This document shows positions 46,178 to 60,601 of a stretch of 64,000 bases of DNA, piece after piece. The DNA is from Podarcis bocagei (Eukaryota): the NCBI GenBank assembly GCA_964188305.1, contig OZ076888.1. One strand, written 5' to 3'. How positions within the stretch are numbered: the first letter of the stretch is position 1; each line of letters starts with the position of its first letter. The position numbers were made by a program, and so were the translations under genes. The notes beneath the pieces are model-generated. The model was not told the origin of the DNA. It was given only the letters and a program-made list of their open reading frames with translations, and ran no database searches.

Positions 46178-49100
46178 GTAAGTTGGATTTCTTTCCAAAC
46201 TACCATTGCAGCCCTGACCTCTTTACTTGTTCCCTCACCTCTCCCAAGCATCTTGTGTTCCTTCTCCAGTCAAACAAAGTGGAATTCAATCGGAGTATTG
46301 ATTGCTAGTGCTGTGTAAGAGAAGTATCTAAAATCTAGGCAAAACAGAGAGGCTATGGGTAGCATTTTATGGACTGAGGAGCAGGTTTCAGTGAGTTTGT
46401 GTGCACCTGGAAAAACATTGGTGCCCTAAAACCTTGAAGAGTTGTCAGCAGCAAACTTAGGCTTGAATTAGCATTTTTAGGACTGTATCTCTTGTGCTGG
46501 CACCATACAAATGTGGAATTTGGTATTGTGTCTATATAATTCAGCAACATGAGAATTACTATTTTTTTTAAAAAAGGAAGTTTTTAGTCCTGTCTGTAAA
46601 AATAAAAGTATGGCAATACTGCACTGGCTAAATCTCTACACAAGTGGCAGAATAAGAGATTCAGTGGTCCAGAGGACAGGTTTTAGTGTCTTTTCCAAGT
46701 CTTTCCCCCTATCCTTGATTCGTAGAAGAAATTACGTGAAGTAGGCAAACATTACAAAATGCATATATACAAGATGCATCACTTGCATCATACATAAATT
46801 GTAGGGCATCATTTTTCTTTGTGCTGATTTTGAGTCATCAGTTCAAAATTCTAATTATGAAACACATAGTGTGTGTACACAAGTCCTAATCAGTGTGTTC
46901 CCTTTGGAAAGATCCACGTGTGCCTATTTGTTCAATGCTGAGAATACCAATGGAATTCAGTGTCAGAAAAACATTTATGCAAAATGTGATTTTAAAAGTG
47001 TAAGCTTAAAAATAACCTAACTGCAATTCCCCAATCCCTTTTAAAAAACATTCTTGGACTGGGCAGTCTGTTCGTGTGACAACTGAATAAAACAGGGGTG
47101 GCTAACTTGTGGCCCTAAAGATGCTTTTGATTACAATTCCTGTCTTATCTGACCATTGGCCTTGCTGGCTGCCGGTGATGGGAGCCGTGGTCCAACAATA
47201 TCTGGAAGTCTCCAGATTGGTTACCCCTGGAGCAGAACAGAGCCATATGTGGGAAAATAATGTACCTGGGATCCTTTAACTGGATTGTGCCAGAAATTGG
47301 ACCTCTTGAGTCAAAAGCAGCTACCACTGAACTAGGGTCCATGCATCCTTTCTATTAAGGGTTTTTTTTGTTGCTGCTGCTAATGTTGTTTCAAGGCTCA
47401 TAGGCTACAATCTTATATCCCTTACCTGGAAGGAAGTTCCATTGAATAGGACTTACTTCTAAATAGACATGTATGCCTAGGATTCCACCATTAGCTTGCT
47501 CATTACAAACTTTGAAAGTTCTTTGCCCAGTGAAGGGGCAGAAAACTTCTTGACCTTCACTGTACATTTTAGACAGACATGGAACACACAAGCCATACAA
47601 AAGCTACACAGGGCTTGTTAGAAGCTTGTGGTGTTTCATTTACAGATATAAATGGTAATGGAGTTTCCAAAGCCAGAATGAAAAGCCATTATCAATATGT
47701 TCATCCTATCTTCGTTGCATTTGGGTTGACAGTACTGGAGCTTCGAAGCTGCTTAATTCCTGACCATGAGCATTAGTGGCAATGCTTTGTCTTCGGTAGG
47801 TTGCATCAAAGGAGCCAACATATATTTTGCTAACAGCAGGGAAGATGAGATGATATCCCCATCTTTGACTTGGCACAAACAACATTGCCTCTTTAGGAAC
47901 TTCATCTGTACCCCTTCATACAATAAAATATATTGTTTTAATGTGTGAGGACTCTTCGCTTCCAGAAGCAGCAGAAAAAGTCATCTTTTTACGAGACCAA
48001 AAAGGGTATTATATTTTTACCATAAAATGTGAGTCCTGGCTTTCATAGATAGTAGAAGAATCCCATACATGATAAATCTGTTAATAATTTTCTCTACAGT
48101 GTGTTGCAGTATTTTATTTGCATTGGTTTTCCTTATTGGAACTTGGCAGAATGGTTGCAACAACATTGTTTGATGCTGCCACATTGCACTTCTTTGTCTC
48201 CACAGTACTGATAATATTTGGAAGTGTTGACCAAGCGACTTGCTATTGATTTTAGCATTTTCATTTCTCTTTAAAGTGCAATTTATTTCTTGGTTTAGCT
48301 CTGTATCCAGCAATGAGCCTTTCAACACAGGCAATCTCATAACTTTTCTTTACACAATCATCTTTGTGTTCTCTCTCTCTCTCCATATTGTTGGTACATC
48401 CCTTGATGTCTTATCCCCGCATTTTTCAACACTTGACTCACAGCTCTATGTATGAGCTGACCGTTGGAAGTGCTTTGTACTGGAGGAGATAATGAATTTC
48501 TCTGTTGTATTTTATCTGTGATTGCTCAGTCATTCATCATTTGAATATTGCATTTGTGATGTAATGAGCAGGCATTTAGGAACTTGCCCCTTTTTTCTTT
48601 TATGCAGGATGAAACTTCTTCCTTATAAGTTTGCGAAATAAATAAATAACCCACCCGTCATCAAAAGATCTCAGGGCAATTAATGCATTGGACTGTTTAG
48701 ATTTCCCTATTACCTTAGAACTGCCTTAGAACATAAATAGCATTTAAAAAGGTAATGAGTGAAACCCAGATAAAATTCCATTATTTATTTACTTTGATAA
48801 TTTACTTTAATCATTTTTATCCTGCCCTTAAAAAGCTAAACAACTTTCAGGGTGACTTAGAAGGTCAACATATAATATTTATTACTTAAAATTGTAAAGC
48901 ATTTTTACCTCGCTCTTTTTAGGGTACAAAAAAAAGCCAGTCTCTGCCCCAAGGCTTGCAATTTAAAAATATGTGACACAAAAGGAAAAAGGATTGGGGA
49001 GGGGGAAGCAAACTTGGGCACTAGATCTTGGTTACAAGGCAAGAACATACGGGCTTGCTGCTGTTGGCTGCTCACAGTTCTGCAACAGGTCTTTGTGGAC

Positions 49101-52100
49101 CTCAAAAAAAAAACAGCTTTCCAACCCAACATTCTCCTTTTCATAAGGCAGTTGGTTCCAATGGCCTCTGAAAGTGGAGGAGCCCAGCCCAGTTCAGTTT
49201 ATGAAAATGGCAGTGAATGAACATACTATAATATGGTTGTAACTTTTCTAAAAGTGACATATGTGTTGGATATCACACCTTGTGAAAGAGGATTCATTTT
49301 TATTCCCATTGTGCCTTTTGGAGGTTGTTTTTAAATTTGCCTCCTTGCCATGTGTCCCAACAAAATGATGAAAGGGGTACAGCCAGTCCCCTTGTGTGCT
49401 TAGCTATATACATAGCCCCGGCCTTTTTTTTTTGTAAACAAGTTTATTTAACATCCAGAGCAACCATGGTGCTTTGTGTAGACCCATGCTTGAGCTTGTA
49501 CCATCACAGACTTCCCTTTGTGCCTCTGAAGAAGGGCTTCTTTCATCCACACACTGGCCACATGCCCACTGGGGCTACCTGAGTCCGTACAGCCCACTCT
49601 TGGTCTCTGAGAGCACTTCTGGGTCCCTGCTTTTCTGTGCCGGCGCCTCTGGCTTTCCACAACAGAAACCTCCAAAGTGAGCAGGGAGATACTGATCTCA
49701 GCCCCCAAGTACTACTGATGTTTTAAATCTTTAGTAGCTGAGAACCAACCCAAGGGATTAGTCCCTGACCACCTTCACCTCACAACTATCCATGTGGAGA
49801 GAACAGTCAAAACCCCTCAATTTTCCTGCAAACCTACATGAAAGTGATGGAATCAGGAGGCCATGCAGATGTTTCTTCATATATGCACAGCATAGAATCA
49901 ACCAGTTTTTCTGTTGCAGATGGAGGCTTCTGTCTCTTGATTTGAACCAAAGCTAACACTGATGATCTGAACTCTGCATATGGGTCATGTTTAAATCAGG
50001 CCACTTGCAAGACAGCAGTGGAGATTGGTTTCAAGCTTTCTGGAACGTTAATGTTTGTGAGAGCAGGGACAAGATGGCCTGAGACAACTCTGCACTGTCA
50101 TAGCGTCTGCTAATGCCCCAGTTAAAATAATCATGCTGCCTTTTTCACTCATCCCAGTACAAATGGATGGTGGACTAGTGGCTATGGAGATAGGATGTGC
50201 TTTGGAAGAGGAGTAAGTTTCTCCAGAGGAGCTGCTGCAAAGTGATCCTCATTTTTAAAAAGTAGCCTATAACTAATCCAGAGAAAGAAGTGAGGTGAAA
50301 ATAAACTATCTCTGAGCCACAGTAGTTCTCTAAGCATGTGTTCTCAGGCATTTTATTTTTGCCTTTGTTCATGTGTCAAGATGGAATAAATGATTCATTG
50401 GCATGTTGCAGCACCCCCTTGTTTTTGACTAAAATATGTCAGTTTGTTCAGAGGCATCCTCATTTTCAGAGGATGGTACTTGTACCATGATTGGTTTGAA
50501 ACTGATACTATGGGGACTACTGTGGTGTTTTCTCAGCAGAGTATATATTACATAACCTGGACCTTTTAGCACTTTGTTCCAAGCACGATCTCTTTGCCAG
50601 CATTATTAAATTGTCATCCCAGTTTAAGTTTCTTTGACAAGCTACATTAACTTAGATCAGTGTTCGAGGCCTGTGACAAGTTTCAAATTAAAGGGAGATT
50701 ATAACAACTCTAATTAAACACCAATCCCTGTTGATCAGGAAGTCTTTGAGAGAGAGAGGGTTCTTGCTTATCCCAACCACTCTGTTACTTTTAAATTATG
50801 TGGGAAATAATTTCTTCCTGGGTGCAATTTGAGTTGGAAATGTCATATTTTGGTGGGCTTTGGCCATTTTTAACAAAAACATATTTTTTCAGACTTTAGA
50901 CGCCAAGTCGATGTTCCTATCCTGTGCTTATAAATTCCAATCACAACACTTTGCATAGCACAGGGCAAGGGGAGGGGATGGTAGAGAGAAGAGATTGGTT
51001 GTTTTAAGATCAGAGAGCTGATGTTAACATGCTGCCTCAACTGCAAGCAGACCATCCGTTGTTGCAGTTGTCTCTTAGTAGTAGCACTTTGGCTGAAGGA
51101 AAATTATATTCACAGCATTCAAATTGGAAAAGGTTGTCAACTGATGAAGATGGGAAACAGGCCTGGCCTTGGGCTTTGAACAGCAGCCTGCTTGATCTAT
51201 AGGAGAAATCACAAGTCAAAATTTTTCACAGCACTGTGATTTAAGCATTGTTACATTTGAAAGCCTACAAATTAAAGGCCACATCCACAGCATACATTTA
51301 AAGCACTATGATACCACTTTAAACAGTCATGGCTTCCCCCCAAAGGATTCTGGGAGCTGTAGCTTTTAAAAGGTGCTGAATGTTGTTAGGAGGCCCCTCG
51401 TTCCTTCACAGAGTTACAATTTGCAGAGTGATTTAACAATAACCCCTCTTCCCAGGGAACTCTGGGAATTGTAGCTCTGAGAGGTGTAAATGTCTCCTAA
51501 CAATCAATTTGCTGACCAATTTGTTTTCAATCCAGGAAAATCAATGTACAACCATTACAAATTTGAGCAAAACTATTGCTATAATTCCAGCTGCTTTCCC
51601 CTCCTTTGGTCATTAGAGCATGCAGTGGAGGGATGCAAGCAGGATATCAGTACTTTAGCAAACTGGGCAGATCACTCAAAGGGAGGAGTCAGATTGCTAC
51701 TTCCTGTGCAAGTGGGTATAATTTTTATTGAATGAAACACTCTGACAATTTTGGAGAGGATTATGAATATCTCAAGCCCCCAACCTCAGACTATGGCTGT
51801 TTATTCTGAAGGGAAGGACATTTTGTCAGTAATAGGTTTTACCTCAGGTTCTTCATTGGCCTTTGGCTGCCAACCAGGCTAAATTCAAGGTTCTGGTTTT
51901 GTTGTATGAAGCTTGGGACTAGGGTTAATGAAAGATCATTACGCCTCTTATATACCCAATCAAACACTGAATTCTGCAACTGAGGGCCTCCTGCAGATAC
52001 CATCTTAGCAGATCTGCCCCACACAATGTAAAGAATCAGGCCTTAAGTGTTACCTTTTGGAATTCCTTCTTAAATATTAGACAGGTACCGTCTCTTCAAC

Positions 52101-53623
52101 AGTACAGTCTACACCTGCATTGCAATGGTTTTATCAGTTCTTTTTTGCCTCCATGGGCTCCTTTGGAAGGAAAGGCGAGAAACTTAGGCTGAGGTACCTC
52201 CGGGTAACTGCAGCAGTGGCCTGGCAAGGATCTTTATGCTACTGGTTTGCCTGAAACCAGCTGTTGCTTGCTTTGGGTGGAGATTTTTTAGCCAAGGCAC
52301 TTGAGGCTTCAGCTCCAACCTGTTGCTCCTGAGTGAGTTAAAGTTTATCTTGAATGAAACTGATAGCAGGAGCCTTGAAGAAAAAGCTAGGTCTGTTTGA
52401 TTGCTTAATCAGTATCTGTTTGATACTGTGTATTAAAGAATATGAATCTTCATGACCAAAAATTATGCCAATATATTAGTCATGGGGCAAGTAAATATAA
52501 GGCAAATCATGTCATGACTGGGATTGAAGGAAACATATTGCTAGGAACATCCATAAAGTGAATGTTATGTTCTATACAGCACAGTGAGATAATATACAAC
52601 ATAGAGAGAAGCTATGTAAAATGATTTTTACAAAAGTTTTCTAATAAAGCAGAGAAAATATTTCAAGCAAATACCCTACTTAAGAAAAACCTAGCTTGGA
52701 TGTCTTTCCTTGGCAATGAGAACTCATCCCCAACCTATGGCAGAATCTGAAAAACATAGGTGTTAACAGGATTTAATCATCAAAACCTTTAAGCAGGTTA
52801 CATAAAACAATATAAAATACACATTAAAAATACAGATAAAATCAGATGTTTAAAACAAACTGATCTAAGAATTTTCAAAACATAAAATCAGCATTTAAAA
52901 AAAAGCATAAGATAAAATGCCATGTAAACAATACACACCTGGGTAGATTTGCTTGAACAAAAAAGTTTTTAGCAGGCACTGAAAGCGTTACAGTGAAGAC
53001 ACCTGCCTAATATTAACAGATCATGAGTTTCAGAGTGCAGGGGCTGCCACACTGAAGGCCTAATTCCTTGCAAGTGCAGAACAAACATCATGTGGCACTG
53101 GCAAAAGTGGCAGTTCCACAGATCAAAGCAGTCAATCGGACACATGTGAGGTAAAGCGATCCTTCACAAGGTTGTCAAAAATGGCACCTTTCCAAATGTG
53201 AGTACTGTATATTGCTCACTTTAAGAACCAAGTTAACAGGCATTTTACATCATTTGTGGTAGGATTTAGTTTTGTTAACTAACTGGAGGACTATTGCCTA
53301 AGGCGCAGGGAAGGGAACCTCCCCTCCCCCCGGGGGCTGCATCCTTGAGGTAATCAGATTTAGACTGCTTGGCAGTGCCAAAGTGCTTGAAGTCATAGGT
53401 CAGTGGTGGCGAACCTATGACATGCGTGCCAGACAGGGCACGCGGAGCCCTCACTGCTGGCACCGCACACCATCGGCCCATCTGCACTGTTATTTTGTTG
53501 GTTTTTTCCCATTTGTGCTCCCGGTCCTCCCCACGCTACTGCGTGCATCCACTGCTTAAACCCGAAACTTTTTTTATTTTTTCTGCTGGCCGGCGATTGT
53601 GTTCGGCAATTGGTCTGTTTTTC

Positions 53624-54261
53624 TTTCTTTTTTTAAAAAAATATTTTTATTAAACAATTTTAGCCAAACAAATTATCAGTCACAATAACCAATTATATTT
53701 CTCTCCCCCCTTTTTTATTCCCCCCTTCCCTCCCTCTCCCACCCCCTAAGGACTTCCCTCAGCTCCCCTCTCTGATTTGTTTGTACATATTATTCTCTGC
53801 ATGTTAAAAATTGTGCATACCATTGCCTTATCTATCATATATTCTACTAATAAGTTTGTGGCTGTTTATTCAAAACCTGACAAGGAGTCCAAATCATTTT
53901 GTTTTTTTTTTAGATAGTTTGCAAAAAGTTCCCATTCTTCCTTAAAGTCACAATTGTTCTTCTCACGTAATTTATATGTCAACTTTGCCAACTCCGCATA
54001 ACTCATTAGTTTTTCTTGCCATTGTTCTTTCGTTGGGATTTCCTCATTCTTCCATCCTTGTGCTAACAAGACTCTTGCCGCTGTTGTTGCATACATAAAT
54101 AAATTCTTTGTTTTTCTTGGCAGGTCTCGTCCTAAAATCCCTAACAAAAACACTTCTGGCTTCTTTACAAATGTCATTTTAAACATTTTTTTCAATTCGT
54201 TATATATCATCTCCCAAAATTTTTTAACTTCTCTACATTCCCATCACATATGATACAAACG
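53624..54261 (-). mobile_element. L1-clade 3' fragment nested in the hAT element
   Basis: 15-bp TSD attggtctgtttttc (53609-53623 and 54262-54276). ORF 53866-54210 (AARVLLAQGWK..IPT..W) resembles the L1 ORF2 C-terminus; A-rich tail. Confidence 0.85.
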
Positions 54262-54791
54262 ATTGGTCTGTTTTTCAATTGGCTGCGGCAGTGGCTGTTT
54301 CTGATTGGGCATAACAGCTATCATTATTTGACCCTCGTGCTTTTTTTCTGCACTTTTTTCAGTGCTGCGTGGTAGTTCCCAGCTCCCCCCTCCAAGCCAG
54401 GCCTCGCCCATTCCTTTATGCCGTAACCCCCCCTGCTCCAATCCTCCGCAGGCCCTTTGCCTGCTGTGGGCCCGACCTGCCTGGGCTAGGAGGGCACTTG
54501 CGCCCGCCGCCTCCCTGTGTGCCTGGCACAACCCAGCCTCACCCCTTTGCCGCGGTGACGTTGCCGGAGAGAGGGAGGAAGATGGGGAAGACCACGCTGG
54601 GATCGCTGGCGGGGAGCGGGCATATAGGCAGGCAGCCGCGGCTGTTGGGCTGGCTGGCTGGGGTGGGGGCTCTCCCTCTCCTGCTGGCCACTGCTGCTCA
54701 CCTGGCCTCAGGGCTGCTCCGTCCTCCTTGCAGCAGCCCAAGAGTGAGCTAGCCAGGGAGCGCCCGGCAGGAGGTGGGAAGAGGGAGGGAG

Positions 54792-54792
<1 letters not shown>

Positions 54793-54838
<46 letters not shown>

Positions 54839-55338
54839 TAATAATTTATATCTCGCCCTCCCCTGCTGAAGCCAGGCTCAGAGTGGCTGAGTAAAAATAA
54901 CACAAAATAACAATAGTAAAAATAACACAGTTTACATAAAATCACAATCAATTAATCGAAATACATTCTAAAACCAATTCATTCTAAAATCAATTCAGAG
55001 TCAAATTAATGGCAACCATTGGGCTAGAGTTCTATGAGGATTACTGAAGGAGGGGGTCAGACTGTGCCTTGGCCAAAGGCCTGGTGGAACAGCTCTGTCT
55101 TGCAGGCCCTGCGGAAAGATGTCAAGTCCCGCAGGGCCCTAGTCTCTTGTGACAAAGCGTTCCGCCAGATCGGGGCCACGGCCGAAAAAGCCCTGGCTCT
55201 AGTTGAGGCCAGCCTAACCTCTCTGTGGCCCAGGACCTCCAAGATGTTTTTGTTTGAAGACCGTAAGGTCCTCTGTGGGACATAGCAGTAGAGGCGGTCT
55301 CATAGGTAGGAGGGTCCTAGGCCATATAGGGCTTTAAA
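54793..55338 (-). mobile_element. L2-like LINE 3' fragment with (ATT)n tail, nested in the hAT element
   Basis: ORF 55057-55242 RAFSAVAPIWRNAL...SFRRACKTELF resembles the L2 ORF2 C-terminus; the element ends in the AAT/ATT array at 54793-54845. Confidence 0.78.
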
Positions 55339-56090
55339 GATGGCGAGAATCGCAGTGTTTTCCCTCAAAAACGCAGGGCACTTTGCAATAAATAAGTCGG
55401 TTTTGGTTTGCAGTTTGGGCACTCAGTCTCTAAAAGGTTCGCCACCACTGTCATAGGTGATGTGGGCCGAGCCAAAGTGGGTGGGGCTTTGGAACTAGGC
55501 TGAGGGACGCACAAAATGAGACCGAGAGCTGCATGCGCTCCTTGGACCACAGTTTCCTCACCTCAGTGTAGCGTTATTACAGATGCTGCACAACACATGG
55601 CTTCAGTAACCTTAATACTTGTTTGTGAGGGGAACTGTGAAGAAACTTTATCCACGAGACAACATGTGTTGTGATTTTTGTCTCCTCTGTGCACAGTAGT
55701 TTCTTCATTAAGGTGTGAGGCACAGCCTAGAAGGGTCCAGCATTAGTTTGCAGGCCAACTCGTAGCTGTCAGTTTGGCCAGTTGCAGACCACAGCTTTAT
55801 TTATACTCGGTGGTGTGCAGGTTTTTCCCTACTAATCAAGGTAGGTTAGAGATGGAATTTCAGCACGATCCAAATGCCACTGGTATAATTCACACTTATT
55901 GACTATGTGGTGCACCAAATCGGACTGTCCTGTTGGCAGACTAAATGACCCCTTTATGAGGATCACTAAGGCAGCAATTCATGCAAGCCTATGCTATCAG
56001 CCCTGACCGGTTAGCTCTCTACTTGAGAGTCTTCAAGAAGCAAAGCTGTGGACTGAAGCTTTTCCACATGTGAAGACTGACTGTCCTACC

Positions 56091-56201
56091 CAGGGCTGTT
56101 TTTTCAGCCGGAGCTCAGGTGGGCGCCATTGCCATTCTAAGAGAATAAAGGACAAGTTAATGGTGAGCTTTGGCACCTCTTTTTCTGGAAAAATAGCACT
56201 G
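56091..56201. mobile_element. hAT-type MITE (111 bp)
   Basis: cagggctgttttttc...gaaaaatagcactg termini; perfect 8-bp TSD gtcctacc (56083-56090 and 56202-56209). Confidence 0.82.
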
Positions 56202-58227
56202 GTCCTACCACTGATAAGTCTTTTTATCCACTAGCCTGAAGTGAAATTTACCCTGATCCCACTTTTCTTATACAGCGTTGTGCATTTTTGTCTCATTTTT
56301 TAAAAACAAAACTTCTGTACATTCTTTGTCTACTGGCAAGCAAGCTACTGAAACCTTTGGCCCTCAGCTATATTTCCCCTCAGGCCTGGGGATCATCTTA
56401 TGCGATTAGATAGCTTTGAATGTTTTGCTCCACATTTTCAGTTTGGTGTGACATTTCCAGTGGTTTTGACAGAGCCCTGCAGAATGTCTCCAGTTCTTGC
56501 TGGGGCCTCTGCCTCGTCCTGCTCAGACAAAATGAGCATTGATCGCTGCCTTCTGGGTCCAGCCACATATAAACAGAAAGGGCCTTTTGAGTTCCTCCAG
56601 AGCCCGCTTAGGGGGGGAAAACAGGACATGAATGGCAACATCAAAGAAAATGTAGTTTTCTTGGAATCTCACCTGAGAAGGCATCTGAGGGGCACCGTCA
56701 GGGGAGGGTCTGGGTTCCTGTCTATCCTAGTTCCAGGGCTGTGTGTCCTGCCTGTGAAAGTCCTGGCAGGGAAAGTCTGCCGGGGGAGTGAGAAGCTAAC
56801 ATTGTGGGCAGGGAGAAGATTGCCAACAACGCAAAGGCTCCATTAATCCTGCAACTGTGCTCAGTGCTTGGCCTCTCCTTGGACTCACCAGATGTTTAAA
56901 ATATTTGCAAGCTTTTTTCAATCTGTAAATTCTTCAGCAGGCAGAAGCCTCCAAGAGCAAAAATCAAAAGAAGAATTGGTTGTATTGTATCATCTAAACT
57001 TGAGAAGCTAAGGTGATCAGAGCAGGCTCTAGATTGCAAATAGGCCTTGCATGGAAAGACTGGGCCCAGTTTCTCAAGTCATTTGCAGTGAAAAAAGTTG
57101 TGACAAATATACCCCCTCCCTGTGGAAAAACACATTTGCCACCAATCAAAGGTGTATTTCAAGCCCTCCAGTTCCATCTAGATTTCCAAGGACTCATGCA
57201 AGACATTGAGCAGTTGAGCCTAAACAACACAACACAACTACCTGAAGCTGTACCCTTTTCTATCCAATCATATTTCCTTATTTCCTGTTTATTGCAGCCT
57301 TATTTTTCCTAGCTTTTAAAAACTGTTTGTGGGCAAAGCATGATATGTCATGGTAGAAAAGGTTTTAGGTTTATGGTTCTTAAGAGTTTCTAGTGACCAT
57401 TATATGGACCACTTGGGGTTCCTTTTATCCCTTAAAAAGATGGTTTGAATTTTTAAAGTATATGAATACTGTGTACTCCCCTCTTCATCTTTGCCATGCT
57501 TATTTCTCCATTTTTCCACTTAAGCAAAAAGCAAACACAAGTACAACAAGGTTCCCCCCACAACATGTATGGGTAAGATTCTCATGCTAATACGTATTTT
57601 TGTAACTGAAAGGTAGAGCATGAAACCACATGAACTGCCGTAACTGACTGTGCCCAAATGGCAAGCCTTGTGGGGCCAATTTTGGTCAAACTGTCAACAG
57701 AGCAAACAGAAAGAAGATGGGCAGAGATGATGTAAAGTTTAGAATGAATATTTCAAAGCACCATTAGGTGTGGCTGGAGGTTGCAGGCTCAGAACCAAGG
57801 GAGAACTGAACAGCTCTGATGACTTTATCCAGCAGAGGGCAATGCAACCCATTCTTTTGCTACCACTTATTAAGATGTACTTGTTATTGCCTAGGGAAGC
57901 AGGAAGCCTTAATGAGCCTTTCAGCATCCCAGTGTTAATTAATTTATTTATTTTACAAACCTAATTATATACCACTAATCATTAAAAAAATCAAAGGGGT
58001 TTTTTTTTTACACTAATTGTGCATAAATCCATATTAAATAGTTAAAATCAGAAATTGACTATTATGGAAAGATAAAGCCTGCATAAGTCTAATGGAATAG
58101 AAAAGCTTACAGCTGGTGTTCAAAATTTGAAACAGGGTTCCTGTTGAATCTCTAGTGCCAGAATTTAAGAGGCTGTGGTCCAGATAGTTTGAAAAGATTA
58201 ACTGGGCTTTTGTGTGTGTTGCTCTAG

Positions 58228-58410
58228 CAGAATACCCCCAAGGACCTCTCCCAACGCTATGGAATGACCCACCAGAGCTGCCATCGGGCGGAGGGCCCGC
58301 AGAAACCACCACCACAGCCCGCTTCTCCGACTCTGCAGGATTCCCACCATACACTTCTGATTATGAACCAGAGGACACAACCCATCTGCACCAACTGGAT
58401 AATGGGAACG
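58228..58410 (+). CDS. SNORC: SNORC exon 2, extracellular domain with Ser-Gly GAG site
   Basis: tag|CA GAA...AAC G|gtaca; PQGPLPTLWNDPPELPSGGGP matches the SNORC motif PTLWNxPxELPSG. Confidence 0.92.
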
Positions 58411-58741
58411 GTACATGTTATTGGAGATGGGGTGCTAAACAACACGACTTTGGGCGGGAGGGTGGCACTGTGTGAGGTCACAAAAATTTGCTATGTTGGG
58501 ATGGCTGTACTGGAAACCATCATTTCCTTCTAATGCAACAAAATTTAACACTATTTTGGAAGAGTAGTAAAATGTCTCATGAAATATTGCAGTGGATGAC
58601 TAAAACAACCACCACCACTAACAGTTTTGCATTGTTCTGTAAAGCAGAAATACAAAAGAAACAGATTTCCATTTTACTGATGCACCATAAACAATACCAT
58701 TCCTTTGGCATTTAAGAAACTCACTTTCTGCTCCAATGATA

Positions 58742-59150
58742 AAAAGGTAAAGGACCCCGGACGGTTAAGTCCAGTCAAAGGTGACTATGGGGTGTGGCAT
58801 TCATCTCGCTTTTCAGACCAAGGGAACTAGACCAGTGTTTATCCACAGACAAACGCCAGCTCCCTTGGCATGACCACAGACAAACGCCTGGTCATGTGGC
58901 CAGTGTGTCTGAAACACTACTGGCGCATGGAGGACTGTGACGAGTGCCAGAGTGCATGAAAACACTTCCCGCTGCAGCAATACCTATTTATCTACTTGCA
59001 CTGGCATTCTTTTGAACTGCTAGGTGGTCAGAAGCTGGGGCAGAGCAACTGGGACAGAGCAACGGGAGCTCACCCCAAGTCAGTGAAGGAACTTTTCTAA
59101 CATCCCATTGCGCAGATTCGAACTGCCAACCTTCTGACTGGCAAGCCCAA
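58742..59150 (-). mobile_element. Degraded Sauria SINE
   Basis: aaaggtaaagg tail complement; body is the reverse complement of the 29553 copy (acctatttatctacttgca, acgggagctcacccc, gattcgaac). Confidence 0.8.
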
Positions 59151-60039
59151 GAGATGTCCTAAGAACATGGGGTGCCAAGTTGGCACTCCTTGTGCTGGAT
59201 AATGGCTGCATTCACTCTTAATGCTAGATCATAATTTATCCTTCATGTGCAAAAATCTCAGTCTCGTGTTCTTCCTTCACTTCCTCTGGCTCTGCCACTT
59301 TAAATGACCCACAGTTATTCACTATATCTAAACCCAGCCAAACTGTGGTTTGTGTTAACTATAGCATAAGGAAACAAGCAATCTAAAGTTGACACTACTT
59401 TTATTTATTATTATTTATTAAATTTGTATACTGCCCTTCATCCAAAGATCTTGGGGCGATTCACAGCAGAAAAATTACAGGATAAAACAAAAAATGCACG
59501 ATAAAAGCCAGAACATTGACAAAAGAAAGCAATAACCCACCCACCCACCTGACTTAGGATTTTGGATTTTTCTGAATAAATCATGTAAGATCCTTGATAA
59601 ATAGAGAGAACAAAACACATACAACCACAGTGATCTGCTGCATATCTGCCTTAAATTCTTAAAACTCCTGGTATAATTAGAGATCATTGTTTACTCCTGC
59701 TTGCAACCAAAATCAAATCTGTTTCTTCTGTAGATGTAAAGAATGACACAACAGAGCCATTTCTTTACCTTCCCTGTGCAGCTATTCCCCAAGGAATGTC
59801 AGTGCAGCATTCTAGTCTCAGACTTTCTCCCTCAACCAGCAACTAAGAGTATGCATGATGTCAGCAAATGCGTCAAGAAGGGGGAAGAGCCATATATGGC
59901 CCCTTATCCTCTGACCTAGATTGGCCCACCCGCTAACCACTGGCTTAGGGGATCTGGCACATGGGCTTTAAACACGTCATTACTTAAGAGAATGATCCAG
60001 TACAATCCAGTGTTGTTTTCCTGGTGCTGTACTTGTTAG

Positions 60040-60261
<222 letters not shown>

Positions 60262-60553
60262 AATCAATAAAAAAGGTCCTTTTTCCTAATATACACCTGT
60301 CTGAGCCCTTTCCTTCTTCTGCAGTTATTGCTTTCTGTCTGTGAAAAGGAAAAAAACAAGTTCCTCTAGCACCTGCGTTTTCCAAATGTTATAGGATATA
60401 TAGCCTGTTTTTTAACCTCCTGGGATCAGAAACCCTTTTCTAACACAAATACTTTTAAAACATTTAGTGATGGCACAAGTGGGATTTAGAGTGGGGACTG
60501 AGGGACATGTGTACACAAATTGAGAAGCTGCCATGAAGTCAGAGTTTCTTGAC

Positions 60554-60600
<47 letters not shown>

Positions 60601-60601
60601 T
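60554..60601. repeat. (AT)n(GTAT)n compound microsatellite
   Basis: Seen directly. Confidence 0.92.

Larger units (their letters stand above)
53401..55450. mobile_element. Non-autonomous hAT element carrying two nested LINE fragments
   Basis: TIR cagtggtggcgaacct / aggttcgccaccactg; perfect 8-bp TSD tcataggt (53393-53400 and 55451-55458). Confidence 0.9.

Noticed and set aside
54244-54841. Long overlapping GC-rich ORFs (127-165 aa)
   Set aside because: They lie in the GC-rich interior of the non-autonomous hAT, where stops are scarce; no transposase motifs.
56400-56846. 148-aa ORF in SNORC intron 1
   Set aside because: No recognisable homology, domain or compatible splice sites.
46178-58227. 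SOX9 dimer enhancer in SNORC intron 1
   Set aside because: Only scattered SOX half-sites seen by eye; no element can be located without conservation data.
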